A stretch of 63,225 nt of DNA, the filler included, from Octopus bimaculoides (taxonomy: Eukaryota), in assembly GCF_001194135.2 (NCBI RefSeq). It is 6 parts of 6 records of this genome, joined end to end, with 100 filler letters (N's around TTAATTAATTAA, not from the genome) between each part and the next. Parts side by side here need not be neighbours in the genome. Positions count along the whole stretch, not along the records: positions 57,584 to 63,225 come from NC_069002.1; 5 more parts are not named here. The stretch is one strand, 5' to 3'. Of the stretch, positions 61,841-63,225 are shown in pieces; position 1 is the first letter of the stretch, and every line of letters starts with the position of its first letter. Made by a program: the position numbers and the translations under genes. The notes beneath the pieces were generated by a model, which saw nothing but the letters and a program-made list of their open reading frames with translations, had not been told where the DNA came from and did no database searches.

Positions 61841-63225
61841 AGACAAGGGCTCATACGGCTGTAAAGATGAATTAATGATCAATAAAGCCATAACTGAAGA
61901 CAGCCGCAGAAAGAAGAAAGGCCTCAGTATGGCCTGGATCGACTACCGAAAGCCTTTTGATAGTGTTCCCCACACGTGGATCCTCGAAACACTAGCCATA
62001 TACAAGGTAGCACCAATAATTATAAAATACATAAGGCACTCTATGAATAAATGGGAGACAGTGCTACAGCTCCAAACAAAAGAGGGACTGGTGAAAACAA
62101 AAGCCATCCCCATTAGAAGAGCAATATTCCAGGGAGACACGCTCCCTCCACTCCTGTTCTGCCTGGCACTCACACCTTTAACTAAATTGCTAAATAGAAC
62201 TGGATGCGGATACAAGTGTTACGGCAAAACAGTAAGCCACCTTTTATATATGGATGACCTAAAATTATATGCTAGAAATGATAAAGAGCTGGAAACACTA
62301 CTACAGACAGTACACGGCTTTACCAAGGCAATAGATATGAAATTCGGATTAGAAAAATGCGCCAAAGCAACCCTGAAAAAAGGAAAACTAGTTAAGAGTA
62401 GCAACATCACACTAGATAAACTCAATGAAATAAAAGAACTAGACGAAAGCCAGCCATACAAAAATATTTAGGAATCAATGAACTAGATAGGATACAACAA
62501 CACAAATGAAAGAAAAAATAAAGAAAGAGTACTATAGACGAGTTAGATCAATACTAATAACAGAGCTCAATGCTAAAAACAAGATAACAGGTATTAACAC
62601 TTTAGCCGTCCCAGTTATGAGTTACAGCTACAATATCCTTAACTGGACACTAAACGAACTATCTAAAATAGACAGGAAAACAAGAAAAATAATGGCAGGA
62701 TATAGGATGCATCACCCAAAATCCGACATAGAAAGGTTATATATACAACGTACAGAAGGTGGCAGGCGTCTTATACAACTGGAAAACTATTATAAAATAA
62801 CCACCATAGGACTTCAAAAATACCTACTTCAGAAGCCAGGAAAACTAATACAAATAGCCAAAAAACACGAGCAAAACAAAAACTCTTTTCAGTATTTAAG
62901 GAAGCTGACAAATACAAACAAGAAATCATACTACCTAACAAATACGAAGAAGAAGAAGAAACAACAAAAGCTTTAAAACAAATGAAATCTAAACTAAAAC
63001 TAGAACAGCAACGGACCATGATAAAACGATGGCAAGAAAAGCCCCTACATGGTAAATACTGGGCTAAACTAAATGCGAAAGAAATAGACAGAGAAAAATC
63101 CCAGCAATGGCTGAGAAGCTCAGGACTCAAAGCAGAGACTGAAGGATTTTTAATTTCTGCACAAGACCAGAGCCTCCCCACCAGAAATTACCAAAAACAC
63201 ATAATGAAAAGAAATATAACAAGTA
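61841..63225 (+). mobile_element. R4/Dong-clade LINE, 5' truncated, frameshifted, runs off the window
   Basis: AWIDYRKPFDSVPH, IFQGDTLPPLLF, HLLYMDDLKLY, KFGLEKCA, HHPKSDIERLYIQRTEGGR, and GLKAETEGFLISAQDQSLPTRNY at the window end. Confidence 0.95.

Overview
AT-rich, gapped animal genomic DNA, not prokaryotic. The repeat families match those I recall from Octopus, so the taxon is an inference. The window is dominated by microsatellites, several tRNA-derived SINE families (labelled A-D here for convenience; octopus OK/OR1/OR2 families exist but I cannot assign names without consensus sequences), RTE, R4/Dong, L1/Tx1 and Penelope-like retroelement fragments, and Tc1/mariner, pogo, hAT, piggyBac, MULE-like and foldback DNA elements. 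No intact host gene is evident, and most ORFs in the track are microsatellite or N-gap artefacts. Main observations: (1) a decayed multi-exon tyrosine-kinase-like or pseudokinase gene on the minus strand (about 10759 to 5410) that shows up in the ORF track only as short, unconnected pieces, plus a weaker second kinase remnant near 46 kb; (2) a 464-bp MULE-like element with a 9-bp TSD carrying an open-frame fragment that looks like LINE ORF1; (3) three hammerhead-ribozyme motifs at the ends of Penelope-like elements; (4) a head-to-head palindrome of two tRNA-like Pol III heads; (5) long foldback hairpins; (6) consistent strand polarity of R4/Dong fragments next to (AAT)n. All protein family calls come from manual motif reading, not from database searches.
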